Source: an uncultured Thermococci archaeon (lineage in GTDB: Archaea > Methanobacteriota_B > Thermococci > Thermococcales > Thermococcaceae). From it: 64,000 nt of DNA. Position 1 is the stretch's first letter, and each line of letters opens with the position of its first letter. The position numbers were made by a program, and so were the translations under genes. The stretch lies in contig CAZAPD010000090.1 of assembly GCA_964487115.1 (NCBI GenBank), positions 7,994 to 71,993 of the forward strand. Reading direction: 5' to 3'. The notes under the pieces are model-generated. The model saw nothing but the letters and a program-made list of their open reading frames with translations. It searched no databases and had not been told where the DNA came from. Positions 25,614-34,670 of this stretch are shown in pieces.

Positions 25614-27904
25614 TGGTGACGCAGGACATTTCATTTTTAAGGAGCATTCTCAATGAGACTAATCTTCAGATACTAACCCTTCTGAGAACCACCTCTCTTA
25701 ACACAAGAGAAATAGCACGACTTCTCCAGAAGGATGAAACTTATATCTCAAGATGCTTAAGGACACTTGAAAGGCTTGGGATTGTCGAAGGCGAATGGAT
25801 GCGAGTTAGAGGAAAAAATGTGAGGATATATTCTTTAAAACTTGAAGAACTCAAAATAAGCTTTGGTTTGGAGGGTTTAAAAGTTATTATCGGAAAGAGA
25901 CACCTACAATACTCCCCTCCCCTCTTCTCGAACAGAGCTCCAGAGGTCAAAGTTTTTGTTGGACGGAAAAAAGAACTGGAATTCCTATCCAGCAGTTATC
26001 CCGTGGTTATTGTATATGGGATGGCGGGTATTGGCAAATCCACATTAGTTGCCAAGGCATATAGAGATGCATTTTGGTATCGAATAAATGGAGATGAGAG
26101 CATTGAATATGTAATCTGGCAGTTGGCTCTATATCTAAACCTCCTTGGATATTCTGATGTTATCGAATATCTCAGAGGGGGTGGGAAGGAATTAGCTGTT
26201 ATAAAGGAGCTAACCGCAGAAGGTATCAACAGAACGAAAGGTATTATAGTTTTTGATGACCTTCATAGATGTGATGATGAGGATATCATGTCATTCATAA
26301 GATTTTTAGCCTCAAATATTGAAAATGGAAAATTAATCCTTATCTCACGAGAAAAACCTCAGATAGGATACAACGAAAAGATGCTGGTAATACATCTAAA
26401 GGGATTAGAGAGTAGAGATGCCTATGAACTTTTGAAACTCAAACTGCCAAATCTCACACTTGATGAATTCACGAAAATTTATCATGCCACTTTCGGCCAC
26501 CCTCTGGCACTTTTGTTGGCATCAGAAATGCCCGATTTTCACGGAGGGAACTTTTTTGAATATCTCTTTAGAGAGGTTTATGAAACACTAAAAGAAGATG
26601 AGAAATTAATGCTACAGATACTTTCTCTCTTTGATGAACCTGTTGAATATGAAATCTTAAAAAAACTCTCTGGTCATAATACGTTTTTGACCCTTTACTC
26701 TCTTCTGAATAAAGGACTTGTTGAAAGAGTGGGAGATAGTTATCATGTCCATGACCTCCTTAGAGCCCTCCTCAATGAGGTAAGAGACATCGAAGAAAAA
26801 AAGTATTATAGCAAATATATCTCGTATCTGCTCAAAAAGAACAACGCCAAAGATTTTCTAACGGCATTTAAATATGCAATACGCCTTGAAGATGAGGAAC
26901 TTATTAAGAAGTTAACTGAGGTGAGAATCCGGGAATATTGGAGGATTGCCCTCGATTTTCCCACCGCATATTTAAAGCTTCTCGATAGAATCAAACATAT
27001 TCCTTATGCCAAAAAAGAAATCGCAAGGATATACTTTAACAAAGGATTCTTTGAAAAAGCCCTACAGCTGTGGCTTGAAGCCAGTGATAAGGTTGAAGAG
27101 GATTTTCATAAATTTGATGTTATTATGATGCTTATAGATGTCTTCTGTGAGCTTGGTAAAATTGACGAGGCTGAGAAATATATGACAGAGCTTGAGGAAA
27201 TATACTTAAGAAATGCAGAAGACCCCTATATCAGATTGGGCTATTATATTGAGCTAACAAAAATAGCCACATTTAAAAGAGAACGCGAGAGAGCCTTGGA
27301 AAACGCATTTAAAGAGCTTGAGGCAGTTCGAAATTACCCAAAGGTGTATCCTGAGCTGGAGGCACTTGTACTTTATCACATTGGATATCTCTATGTTGAA
27401 CTCGGTGAATTAGAAAAAGCTTCAAAATATTACGGGGAGGGTTTAAAGGTTTCTAAGGCATATTCCCTGCCTTTTATGGAAAATCTTGGATACATCCAGC
27501 TCGGAATAATTAACTACACACTGGGAGATTACGAAACCGCAGTCTTCCATTCAGAAAAAGCTGCAAAATACTTTTTACATACTAAGAACTACAGGCGAGC
27601 AATCGATGCACTTTTTAGAATAACACTTTCGCTTATGGGTTTAAAACAGTTTAAAGAAGCTGAAGAGAAGGCAAAGGAAATTTTGGAGCTTGCTCAAACA
27701 ACTAATTATCCCCTCGGATGGTGCGCTTATGTGCTTTTGGGCATTGCAAAGGAACTGCAGGGAAAAGAGGGAAAAACAGAGATAGAACAGGGATTAGAAA
27801 AAATTAAAGACAACACGTATCTGCATAAGGGGCTCTTTGAAGAGCTTTCTTTAGTTCTTGATGAAAACAGCCTTAAGAGATTGTTCTCTACTGCCAGATT
27901 CTGA
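25613..27904 (+). CDS. Winged-HTH + STAND P-loop NTPase + TPR-repeat protein, paralog 2
   Basis: 763 aa, collinear with paralog 1; roughly half the residues are identical by eye over the N-terminal 300 aa. Walker A GMAGIGKST, Walker B IIVFDDLH, FGHPLALLL. GTG start overlaps the TAG of paralog 1 by 1 nt. The 3' end overlaps the convergent fumarase alpha gene by 17 nt. Confidence 0.8.
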   Translation: MVTQDISFLRSILNETNLQILTLLRTTSLNTREIARLLQKDETYISRCLRTLERLGIVEGEWMRVRGKNVRIYSLKLEELKISFGLEGLKVIIGKRHLQYSPPLFSNRAPEVKVFVGRKKELEFLSSSYPVVIVYGMAGIGKSTLVAKAYRDAFWYRINGDESIEYVIWQLALYLNLLGYSDVIEYLRGGGKELAVIKELTAEGINRTKGIIVFDDLHRCDDEDIMSFIRFLASNIENGKLILISREKPQIGYNEKMLVIHLKGLESRDAYELLKLKLPNLTLDEFTKIYHATFGHPLALLLASEMPDFHGGNFFEYLFREVYETLKEDEKLMLQILSLFDEPVEYEILKKLSGHNTFLTLYSLLNKGLVERVGDSYHVHDLLRALLNEVRDIEEKKYYSKYISYLLKKNNAKDFLTAFKYAIRLEDEELIKKLTEVRIREYWRIALDFPTAYLKLLDRIKHIPYAKKEIARIYFNKGFFEKALQLWLEASDKVEEDFHKFDVIMMLIDVFCELGKIDEAEKYMTELEEIYLRNAEDPYIRLGYYIELTKIATFKRERERALENAFKELEAVRNYPKVYPELEALVLYHIGYLYVELGELEKASKYYGEGLKVSKAYSLPFMENLGYIQLGIINYTLGDYETAVFHSEKAAKYFLHTKNYRRAIDALFRITLSLMGLKQFKEAEEKAKEILELAQTTNYPLGWCAYVLLGIAKELQGKEGKTEIEQGLEKIKDNTYLHKGLFEELSLVLDENSLKRLFSTARF

Positions 27905-28751
27905 TCTTTCCATCCGCCCTTACCTCCAGAAAAGCCCTCCTGTGAGCCCAGCATTGAACAACCAGCCCAGCTGGGAACGATGCCGGATGTCTGTGGGCGT
28001 ATTCGATCTTAACATCAAGTGCAGTTGTCACCCCACCCATTCCCATTGCACCAATTCCGAGGGAGTTGACCTCCTCAAGGAGTTCCTCCTCAAACCGAGC
28101 AATTTTTCTGTTTTCATGTCTAATCCCAAGAGGCCTTAAAAGAGCCTTTTTGGCGAGAATTAAAGCTATATCCGCACCACCACCAATGCCAATGCCGAGA
28201 ATTACCGGCGGACAGGGTTTCCCACCACATTCCCTAACCTTCTCCACGACAAATTTCCTAATACCCATAAGGCCATCTGAAGGACTGAGCATTGCCATAG
28301 CCGAACAGTTTTCACTCCCACCACCTTTAGGTAGGACTGCAATTCTGAGTGTATCATCATCAACAAGCTCCCAGTGGATTACTGGAACAAAACGACCTGT
28401 ATTATCACCTGAATTTTTATTTGAGAGCAAATCAACTGCATTTGGTCTTAGGGGAACTTCTTCCGTTGCCCTCCTTGTGGCTTCAATCAGGGCTTTTTTC
28501 AGAGATCCAATGTAGGGATTTTTTATTCCTGCCTCGACAAAGAACGTTATCGTCCCGGTGTCCTGACAGATCGGGATTCCCTCTTCCCTCCCTATTTCAA
28601 TGGTTTTCAGGATATTGTAGAGATTAAAACGAGCTATTGGATTTTTCTCCTCAGAATATGCTCTCCGAATCGCTCCTACAACATCCTCCGGTAGCTTTGT
28701 GACTGCTAAGCGGATGGCATTGATTATCGATTCTGTGATTTCTTCAGACAA
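27888..28751 (-). CDS. Class I (Fe-S) fumarate hydratase / tartrate dehydratase alpha subunit
   Basis: 287 aa. PICQDTGTITFFVEAG, VLPKGGGSEN and GIGIGG motifs of the FumA N-terminal/TtdA family. Apparent TTG start. Confidence 0.9.
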   Translation of the reverse strand: MSEEITESIINAIRLAVTKLPEDVVGAIRRAYSEEKNPIARFNLYNILKTIEIGREEGIPICQDTGTITFFVEAGIKNPYIGSLKKALIEATRRATEEVPLRPNAVDLLSNKNSGDNTGRFVPVIHWELVDDDTLRIAVLPKGGGSENCSAMAMLSPSDGLMGIRKFVVEKVRECGGKPCPPVILGIGIGGGADIALILAKKALLRPLGIRHENRKIARFEEELLEEVNSLGIGAMGMGGVTTALDVKIEYAHRHPASFPAGLVVQCWAHRRAFLEVRADGKIRIWQ

Positions 28752-28909
28752 TTAACATTCACCAGTTTAAAATGGGATAGGAAGCTTAAAAAGTTAATAT
28801 CACAACCCAAAAGCTATCGAACCACTCTTTTATTGGGTTTCTTAAATCCCAACCTGCTACAAACTTCCGAACAATACAGAGTAAATAGTAAATAGCAAAA
28901 AGAAAAACA

Positions 28910-29824
28910 TCACCCCTTCAAAATCTCGACTATCTGTTCTGCCACCTGAACTCCAGCGCGCATCTGTGCTTCAACCGTTGATGCCCCTATATGTGGTGTT
29001 AAAACAACGTTGTCAAGCTCTGTCAGGGGATGGCCTTTAGGCAGGGGCTCCTCCTCATAAACATCAAGTCCAGCTCCAGCAATCCATCCTTCTTTCAGGG
29101 CCTTAACGAGAGCGTTAGTATCTACAATAGCCCCTCTGGCTGCATTGATAAGTATGGCGTTCTTCTTCATGAGCTTTAGCCTTTCTTCATTGATGAGGTG
29201 ATACGTCGAATCGAGCAGAGGGACATGTAATGTAACGACGTCGCTTTCTTTCAGAAGTTCCTCAAGCTCAACGAATTTTCCTCCAACCTCTTTGGCCCTC
29301 TCAAAGTTAGGATATGGGTCATAGAGGAGGAGATTCATCCCGATGGCTTTTGCAATTTTAGCTATCTGGTAACCTATCCTTCCAAAGCCAATTATTCCGA
29401 GGGTCTTACCCTCAAGCTCAATGCCCATACACTGCTTTTTCGCCCACAGCCCTTCCCGCATCTTTCTGTCAGCAAAGGCTATCTTCCTCGCCACGTTAAA
29501 CATCATAGCAACCGCAAGTTCCGCAACACTCCGACTTGAAGCGGCAGGACTATTGACGACCTTTATCCCACGCTCTTTGGCAGCTTCAAGATCTATGTTG
29601 TCCAGCCCAACGCCGGCTCTTCCGATGACCCTGAGCTTCAGGGCGGCCTCGATGACCCTCCTCGTAACCTTTGGCTTGCTCCTTACTATTATGGCCTCAA
29701 CATCCTCCACAAGCTCAAGGAGCCTTTCCTCATCCGGATATTCCTCATACAAAATCTCAAACCCCGCATTTCTCAAAACCTCAAAAGCCTTCTCATGCAA
29801 AGGTGCCGCAACCAAAATCTTCAT
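28910..29824 (-). CDS. D-isomer-specific 2-hydroxyacid dehydrogenase (short D-3-phosphoglycerate dehydrogenase-like)
   Basis: 304 aa. GIIGFGRIGYQIA Rossmann motif, INAARG, LTPHIGAST. Confidence 0.85.
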   Translation of the reverse strand: MKILVAAPLHEKAFEVLRNAGFEILYEEYPDEERLLELVEDVEAIIVRSKPKVTRRVIEAALKLRVIGRAGVGLDNIDLEAAKERGIKVVNSPAASSRSVAELAVAMMFNVARKIAFADRKMREGLWAKKQCMGIELEGKTLGIIGFGRIGYQIAKIAKAIGMNLLLYDPYPNFERAKEVGGKFVELEELLKESDVVTLHVPLLDSTYHLINEERLKLMKKNAILINAARGAIVDTNALVKALKEGWIAGAGLDVYEEEPLPKGHPLTELDNVVLTPHIGASTVEAQMRAGVQVAEQIVEILKG

Positions 29825-29825
29825 A

Positions 29826-30473
29826 TCAACCCCTCCTTTTTATTGCCATGAGCATGACCTGATCGGAAGCATCTTCAGCCCTATCAGCTATATCTCCAAT
29901 TTTGGTTAGAATCTGATTCCATATGAGCTTTGCATACGTGCTTATCGTTTCACTTTCAAATGCCTTCCTCTTTGCATCATATTCCAGCTCATCCGCCTTT
30001 TCCTCGGCATCCTCTGTCTTTTTAGCATATTCCAGAGCTTTATTCACATCGACGTTTAGATTCTTTACCCCCATCATGAGGGTCTCGTAGGTTTTAAGTG
30101 CCGCATCTACAAGAGCTATGATCTCATCCTTTATTTCAAGGGGCACCTTCGGTCTGGCAAGAATTAACGTGTGGGCCGCACTTTCAGCGGCATCCGCAAC
30201 CTGATCAATCTCCTCAGATAGCCTGACATAATCTCCCCTGCTCGCAGGTAGAAAAGCTCCCTCATAGAGCATAGTCTCTATTTCCCTCCTCAGTGTGTCT
30301 GCCTCGCTCTCAAGCTTGCCCACCTGAATTTCCAGCTCCCGAGCCTTTTCCAAGTCTTCATCAAGATAAGCCACCATCATATCTCTGAATTTTTCCAAAG
30401 TGACCTTCACAACATTCATATGTCTGTCAATGGCACCGAAGACACTGTTTTCCTTTCCGCCAAATATTGGCAT
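29826..30473 (-). CDS. DUF47 / PhoU-like (TIGR00153-type) protein
   Basis: 215 aa, all-helical. ESEADTLRREI and RGDYVRLSEEIDQVAD motifs typical of the DUF47 partners of Pit transporters. Confidence 0.7.
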   Translation of the reverse strand: MPIFGGKENSVFGAIDRHMNVVKVTLEKFRDMMVAYLDEDLEKARELEIQVGKLESEADTLRREIETMLYEGAFLPASRGDYVRLSEEIDQVADAAESAAHTLILARPKVPLEIKDEIIALVDAALKTYETLMMGVKNLNVDVNKALEYAKKTEDAEEKADELEYDAKRKAFESETISTYAKLIWNQILTKIGDIADRAEDASDQVMLMAIKRRG

Positions 30474-30498
30474 TTTAATCCCCCCGAGTAGATAATAA

Positions 30499-31416
30499 TC
30501 AATCTGCCTTATTTATCTTCCGCTCCTTCGCCTTCACGAGGCTCCAGAGAAGAGCATTCATCGGGGCTTTCAATCCTATCCCCTCGGCATATTCAACAAT
30601 TTTACCGTTGATGTAGTCTATTTCGGTTTTTTTGCCCCTCCTAATATCCTGAAGCATAGAATTATAGTTATCCCGCGTTTTTTCAAGGGTGTTCCAGAGG
30701 AGCTCCAGAGGATGAACCTCAAATTCTATTCCATACTGTTGGGCTGTTATACACCCTTCTCTCGCTATTTCCACAGCAATTCCCTGAAGATAGTCATTCT
30801 CAAGAATAAAACCGTTTTTAACCTCCAGCAGAGTCCCTATGGGATTTATGACAGAGTTGACGATGACCTTGGCCCACTTCCAGCCTATGATGTTGTCGGT
30901 AACATATGTCTCGATACCAGCCTCATTGAAAATCTCTGCAACCTTCTCAACGAAACTATTTATACCCCGAGGATAGAGGCCGATGGTGGTTATACCCTTT
31001 CCTGTCCATCTTACGAGACCCCATTCACTCAGCATCGCACCATTTGTTGTGATTCCTCCAAGAACCTTTTTTGTATGTTTTAAAGCCATATCTTCATTTC
31101 CAAGGCCATTCTGGATGCTTAAAATCCATGTTTTCCTCCCGATGCACCCCGAGGCACACCTCAGGGCATATGCAGTTGAGTAGGATTTCGTTGCGATGAT
31201 CATTAAATCAGGCTCCTCTTCAGGAGCATAGGTTAGAGCCTCGGGATAAACCGTGAAGTTCTCAACCCCAAAAATTCTGAGGCCCTGTTCATTTATTGCT
31301 CTGACATGTTCCTCGCGTCCTATGAGGATTACATCATTCCCTGCCCTTGCCAGCAGAGCCCCAAAAAGGGAGCCTATCGATCCAGCTCCAAGCACACAGA
31401 TTTTCACCATTATCAC
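30499..31416 (-). CDS. 2-dehydropantoate 2-reductase (ketopantoate reductase)
   Basis: 305 aa. [20 protein letters not shown]-terminal Rossmann motif, ApbA/PanE-type C-terminal domain. Alternative start at 31410 ([10 protein letters not shown]). Confidence 0.85.
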   Translation of the reverse strand: MIMVKICVLGAGSIGSLFGALLARAGNDVILIGREEHVRAINEQGLRIFGVENFTVYPEALTYAPEEEPDLMIIATKSYSTAYALRCASGCIGRKTWILSIQNGLGNEDMALKHTKKVLGGITTNGAMLSEWGLVRWTGKGITTIGLYPRGINSFVEKVAEIFNEAGIETYVTDNIIGWKWAKVIVNSVINPIGTLLEVKNGFILENDYLQGIAVEIAREGCITAQQYGIEFEVHPLELLWNTLEKTRDNYNSMLQDIRRGKKTEIDYINGKIVEYAEGIGLKAPMNALLWSLVKAKERKINKAD

Positions 31417-32102
31417 CTCAGAAGCTTCTTCAGCGGAATTAAAGAGTATGCCAGCAGGACTACAGAAACCGCCCAGAAATACTGCCAGAACACCAGATTC
31501 AGAGCATAGAATGCGTATGCCGCTGAACAGTAGAAAAACACCAAAAAGGGTATGCCTCCGCTTGATATCACTCTGTTTTTGGAGAACAGGAGCAAAATTC
31601 CCACTGCTCCTATCAGAAACACAAGTAGCTTTAGTCCCTCAGGCCATGCAGACCATGTAAAGTTCCACACCTCCAGCATAACAGTGGCTGTGGCAATGCT
31701 TAGAATGATATTTGTAGCTCTTTCCTTCCGGCTCACCTGCTGATTCTCTCCCGGAAATCCTACTATAAGCGCAAGGATGGAAAACCCAAGTCCTCCAAGA
31801 AACAGCAGAGATGCTCTGATATCCATCCTTTGGAAGAGCGTCAGAGAGAATGCTGAGAACAGCGAAGCAGAACAGAAAAATCCCGCCTTCCGCTTGAAAA
31901 ATACTGTCGAGAGAAGAATCAGGATCAGAACAGGTGCTTCCAGCATCATCAGAGTATGGCCACCTACATTTCTGCCCAGGATAATCGCCTTACCTACTAT
32001 GAGCACCATAACAAGTCCAATTACCATGTAAATTGAGATTACAAAAGCGGAAAAGCAAAGAAGTAACATGAGATTCTCCTTTTTTGATCTTTCCTTTTTC
32101 AT
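31413..32102 (-). CDS. Integral membrane protein, unknown function
   Basis: 229 aa with about 7 hydrophobic segments. Abuts or overlaps the downstream reductase gene. Confidence 0.6.
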   Translation of the reverse strand: MKKERSKKENLMLLLCFSAFVISIYMVIGLVMVLIVGKAIILGRNVGGHTLMMLEAPVLILILLSTVFFKRKAGFFCSASLFSAFSLTLFQRMDIRASLLFLGGLGFSILALIVGFPGENQQVSRKERATNIILSIATATVMLEVWNFTWSAWPEGLKLLVFLIGAVGILLLFSKNRVISSGGIPFLVFFYCSAAYAFYALNLVFWQYFWAVSVVLLAYSLIPLKKLLR

Positions 32103-32154
32103 TCTCCCACCGCAAGCATTTTAATCCCCCACCTTAAATCTTTTTCCGATAAAG

Positions 32155-32871
32155 ATGAAGCTCGCAGTAATTCTTGTGGAGCCCGAATATCAAATGAACA
32201 TCGGATTCGTGGCAAGAGTTATGAAAAACTTTGGCGTAAGGGATCTGATACTCGTCAATCCTCCAGAAATCAAAGGCGAGGCCTACAAGTTCGCAATGCA
32301 TGCCCGAGATGTCCTTGAGAATGCAAAAATTATGGAGAGCCTTAATGATGCTCTGGCTGTGGTCGACTTGGCTGTCGGCACCACCTCTATCGTCGGAAAA
32401 AAGTACATTCCAGAGAGAGCTCCCCTTAAGCCCCGTGACCTCAAAGAAAAACTTAGGGAATATCCTGGAAGAGTAGGATTGTTCTTTGGAAGGGAAAGCA
32501 GAGGATTGGATAACAGGGAGCTTGAGCTTATGGATCTGACTGTCACAATTCCAACCAGTGGAGCATATCCCACGATGAATTTAAGCCATGCAGTTGCGGT
32601 GATACTCTATGAGCTCTACGATGAAAGTCCCTGTGAGGTTAAGCGTTCTTTAGAACCGGCGACATGGCAGGAAAAGGAAGTTCTTGTCAGAATATGGGGA
32701 GAGCTCCTCGAAGTTCTCGATTATCCTAAAGACCCTGTACGGAAGGAATATTTCAAAATAATATTCAGGCGCTTCCTTGGAAGGGCTTTCCTCTACGGTA
32801 GAGAGGCTCATTCCATTGCAGGACCATTAAGAAAAGCAGTTGAGGAACTTAAGAGGTGCAGAAAATGCTGA
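32155..32871 (+). CDS. SpoU/TrmH-family RNA 2'-O-methyltransferase (TrmJ-like)
   Basis: 238 aa. LVEPEYQMNIGFVARVMKNFG, FGRESRGL and MNLSHAVAVILYE SPOUT motifs. Confidence 0.8.
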   Translation: MKLAVILVEPEYQMNIGFVARVMKNFGVRDLILVNPPEIKGEAYKFAMHARDVLENAKIMESLNDALAVVDLAVGTTSIVGKKYIPERAPLKPRDLKEKLREYPGRVGLFFGRESRGLDNRELELMDLTVTIPTSGAYPTMNLSHAVAVILYELYDESPCEVKRSLEPATWQEKEVLVRIWGELLEVLDYPKDPVRKEYFKIIFRRFLGRAFLYGREAHSIAGPLRKAVEELKRCRKC

Positions 32872-33392
32872 ACGTGCAGAAATTTCGGATTTCAGGTCGG
32901 GATTTCTGGATTGCCCTCATTTTTGATGAAAGAATTGAGGGCCTGACCTTTTCTCTGGATGATAGAGACTATCTAATGGAGAGGATAGACTCCCTTGTAG
33001 AGTTTCTGGTCAAACGGAATGTTCATGTGAATTTGGAGGAGAAAAAATCTCCGTTTACAGAACTCGTATATGAGGTTGCGGTTGGGAAACTTGACAATGA
33101 GGAGGCTATAAAATACCTCAGCTTCAGAGGAGTGACGTCTTTTGAGCGGAAAGTTTATGAAATACTCACAAAAAATGTTAAAAGAGGAAATGTGATAACT
33201 TACGGTGAATTGGCTGAGCTTGCCGGGACTTCACCAAGAGCTGTTGGCGGAGCCATGAAGCGGAATCCATACCCTATAATTGTTCCATGTCACAGAGTGA
33301 TATCATCCAAGGGGATAGGATTTTACACGCCAAATATAGAGTACAAGAAGTTCCTGCTAAGTTTGGAGGGGGTGAAAGAATGGACAGAATAA
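32865..33392 (+). CDS. ogt: Methylated-DNA-protein-cysteine methyltransferase (MGMT)
   Basis: ORF track 32856-33392. The MLNVQKF start is preferred by analogy to Thermococcus MGMT. Active-site PCHRV and GGAMKRNPYPIIVPCHRVI. Confidence 0.9.
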   Translation: MLNVQKFRISGRDFWIALIFDERIEGLTFSLDDRDYLMERIDSLVEFLVKRNVHVNLEEKKSPFTELVYEVAVGKLDNEEAIKYLSFRGVTSFERKVYEILTKNVKRGNVITYGELAELAGTSPRAVGGAMKRNPYPIIVPCHRVISSKGIGFYTPNIEYKKFLLSLEGVKEWTE

Positions 33393-34399
33393 AGGCATAC
33401 TTGATAGGTTTTCTAATAGCGGTCATCGCCATAGCCGCTGGCGTAGTCTGGTATGGAGGATGGAAATTATTGCTTCAAGTAATATTAACGCTTGGTTTTC
33501 TTGGTGTCACATTAATGTTGCTCTTCTTCACGGGACTCACGCTCTATGCAGAGAGCTGGAAGTACGGGATAATACTGGCAATATTTACAGTGATAAGCGG
33601 CTACGGTCTCTACTTGAGCATAAAATGGCGGAATCTTTACCATATCCTTGCAATAATAATCTTCTTCGTGGCTGTCTTAGCTTTTGGCATCTGGTACATA
33701 AGCGAGCCTGATCTTAGCATCTCTGATCGCTTTAGAAGTGCAGGAAGCCTTGAAAGTGCAGGTAAATATAAAGCCGCTGCCAGAAAATATGAAAAAGCCG
33801 GCAACTACCTGAAAGCGGCTGAAATGTACGAGAAGCTTGGCTGGATGGAAAGCGCGGCATGGGCATATGAAAAAGCGAAGAAATATGAGAAAGCTGCCGA
33901 AATCTATGAACAACTTTATGAGAAAGAGAACGACACATATTATCTGAAGGAGGCCCACGAGTACTGGAAGAAAGCAGGAAACATGGACAGGGCTGCCAAA
34001 GCCCTTGAGCGCTATGCAGAGGAAGAACCATGGTTCTGGGAAGATGTTGCTAAGCTATATGAAGAGCTCAGAAATGAAGAGAAGACCAAAGAGGCGTGGG
34101 AAAAGGCCTTGGAATACTATCAGAGGGAAGCCGAGGAAGAGGGAGTTTTCTGGGAAGACGTTGGAAACATAGCAAGGAAACTCGGGAGGGAGGAGCTGGC
34201 GAGGGAAGCCTACAAGAAGTTCCTTGAATATTGCCTGAAGGAAGCCGAGGAAGATCCAATGTGGTGGAAGCATGTTGCAGAGGCATATGAGTACCTTGGT
34301 GAAAAGGAGAAGGCTGAGGAAGCCAAAAAGAAGTACGAGGAATACAGGCAGAAAATCATGAAAACGAATTCCAAGTCTCCAGAGGATAAAACGGATTAG
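33380..34399 (+). CDS. Membrane-anchored protein with a cytoplasmic acidic/aromatic helical-repeat (TPR-like) domain
   Basis: The ORF-track start at 33287 lies inside ogt; the ATG at 33380 (MDRIKAYLIG) is preferred. About 4 N-terminal TM segments. Then YEKA-type repeats and three units carrying EEEPWFWEDVAKLYEEL / EEEGVFWEDVGNIARKL / EEDPMWWKHVAEAYEYL. Confidence 0.6.
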   Translation: MDRIKAYLIGFLIAVIAIAAGVVWYGGWKLLLQVILTLGFLGVTLMLLFFTGLTLYAESWKYGIILAIFTVISGYGLYLSIKWRNLYHILAIIIFFVAVLAFGIWYISEPDLSISDRFRSAGSLESAGKYKAAARKYEKAGNYLKAAEMYEKLGWMESAAWAYEKAKKYEKAAEIYEQLYEKENDTYYLKEAHEYWKKAGNMDRAAKALERYAEEEPWFWEDVAKLYEELRNEEKTKEAWEKALEYYQREAEEEGVFWEDVGNIARKLGREELAREAYKKFLEYCLKEAEEDPMWWKHVAEAYEYLGEKEKAEEAKKKYEEYRQKIMKTNSKSPEDKTD

Positions 34400-34404
34400 C
34401 GGAG

Positions 34405-34587
34405 TTAATAAAGCCCCCCTTCCTCTTCAGATTCTTTGAGTTCCCTTTCCTTCTTTCGAATATATGCATCCATGAGCGTAGTATAAATATGCATAACGAC
34501 ATAGAAAACAACTATAACCAAAATAATCGCAAGCACGCTTTTATCGCTTACATTCCCATATGGAATGAACGGCATCTTACCTCCCAA
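34405..34587 (-). CDS. Small single-pass membrane protein (60 aa)
   Basis: One hydrophobic segment (VLAIILVIVVFYVVMHIY) followed by a charged tail. Weak support beyond ORF length. Confidence 0.35.
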   Translation of the reverse strand: MGGKMPFIPYGNVSDKSVLAIILVIVVFYVVMHIYTTLMDAYIRKKERELKESEEEGGLY

Positions 34588-34670
34588 TTAAACTCTAAGC
34601 ACCTCAACTATTTAAGCTCTTGCCCAACATTTTTAAAATCCTGCTCAGAACTTTTCTGTGGTGGTAAAGA

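Larger units (their letters stand above)
9401..27887. other. Putative inserted block (genomic islet) separating the fumarate hydratase beta and alpha subunit genes
   Basis: All four genes are on the plus strand, inside a run of minus-strand genes (32102 down to 27888, then 9400 down to 8897). Hand-counted 60-nt samples give 19-28 G+C inside (7 samples, mean about 39%) versus 24-34 in flanking genes (5 samples, mean about 50%). No integrase, transposase or flanking direct repeats were found. Confidence 0.55.

Noticed and set aside
9401-27887. Insert as a classical integrated mobile element or provirus
   Set aside because: No integrase, transposase, replication or capsid-like genes and no flanking direct repeats or att-like duplication were found by eye. 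The nearest tRNA (4762-4839) is not at either boundary.
23352-27904. STAND-TPR pair as an Avs/NLR-like antiviral defence system
   Set aside because: No nuclease, protease, TIR or other killing effector domain is visible. The N-terminal output is an ArsR-like winged HTH, which fits MalT/AfsR-type regulators better. This is kept only as an alternative hypothesis.
29826-30473. DUF47/PhoU-like gene located 6.3 kb from the PiT transporter rather than adjacent
   Set aside because: This is mildly unusual, since the pairs are often adjacent. It is readily explained by rearrangement, and nothing in the sequence suggests a novel function.
33287-33379. Over-long N-terminal extensions proposed by the ORF track (33287, 40057, 41020, 51507, 58502, 62144, 61051, 23325 and others)
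   Set aside because: The extensions overlap the preceding gene or remove promoter space. Internal starts preceded by GAGGTG/GGAGG-type SD sequences, and matching known N-termini of homologs, are preferred.
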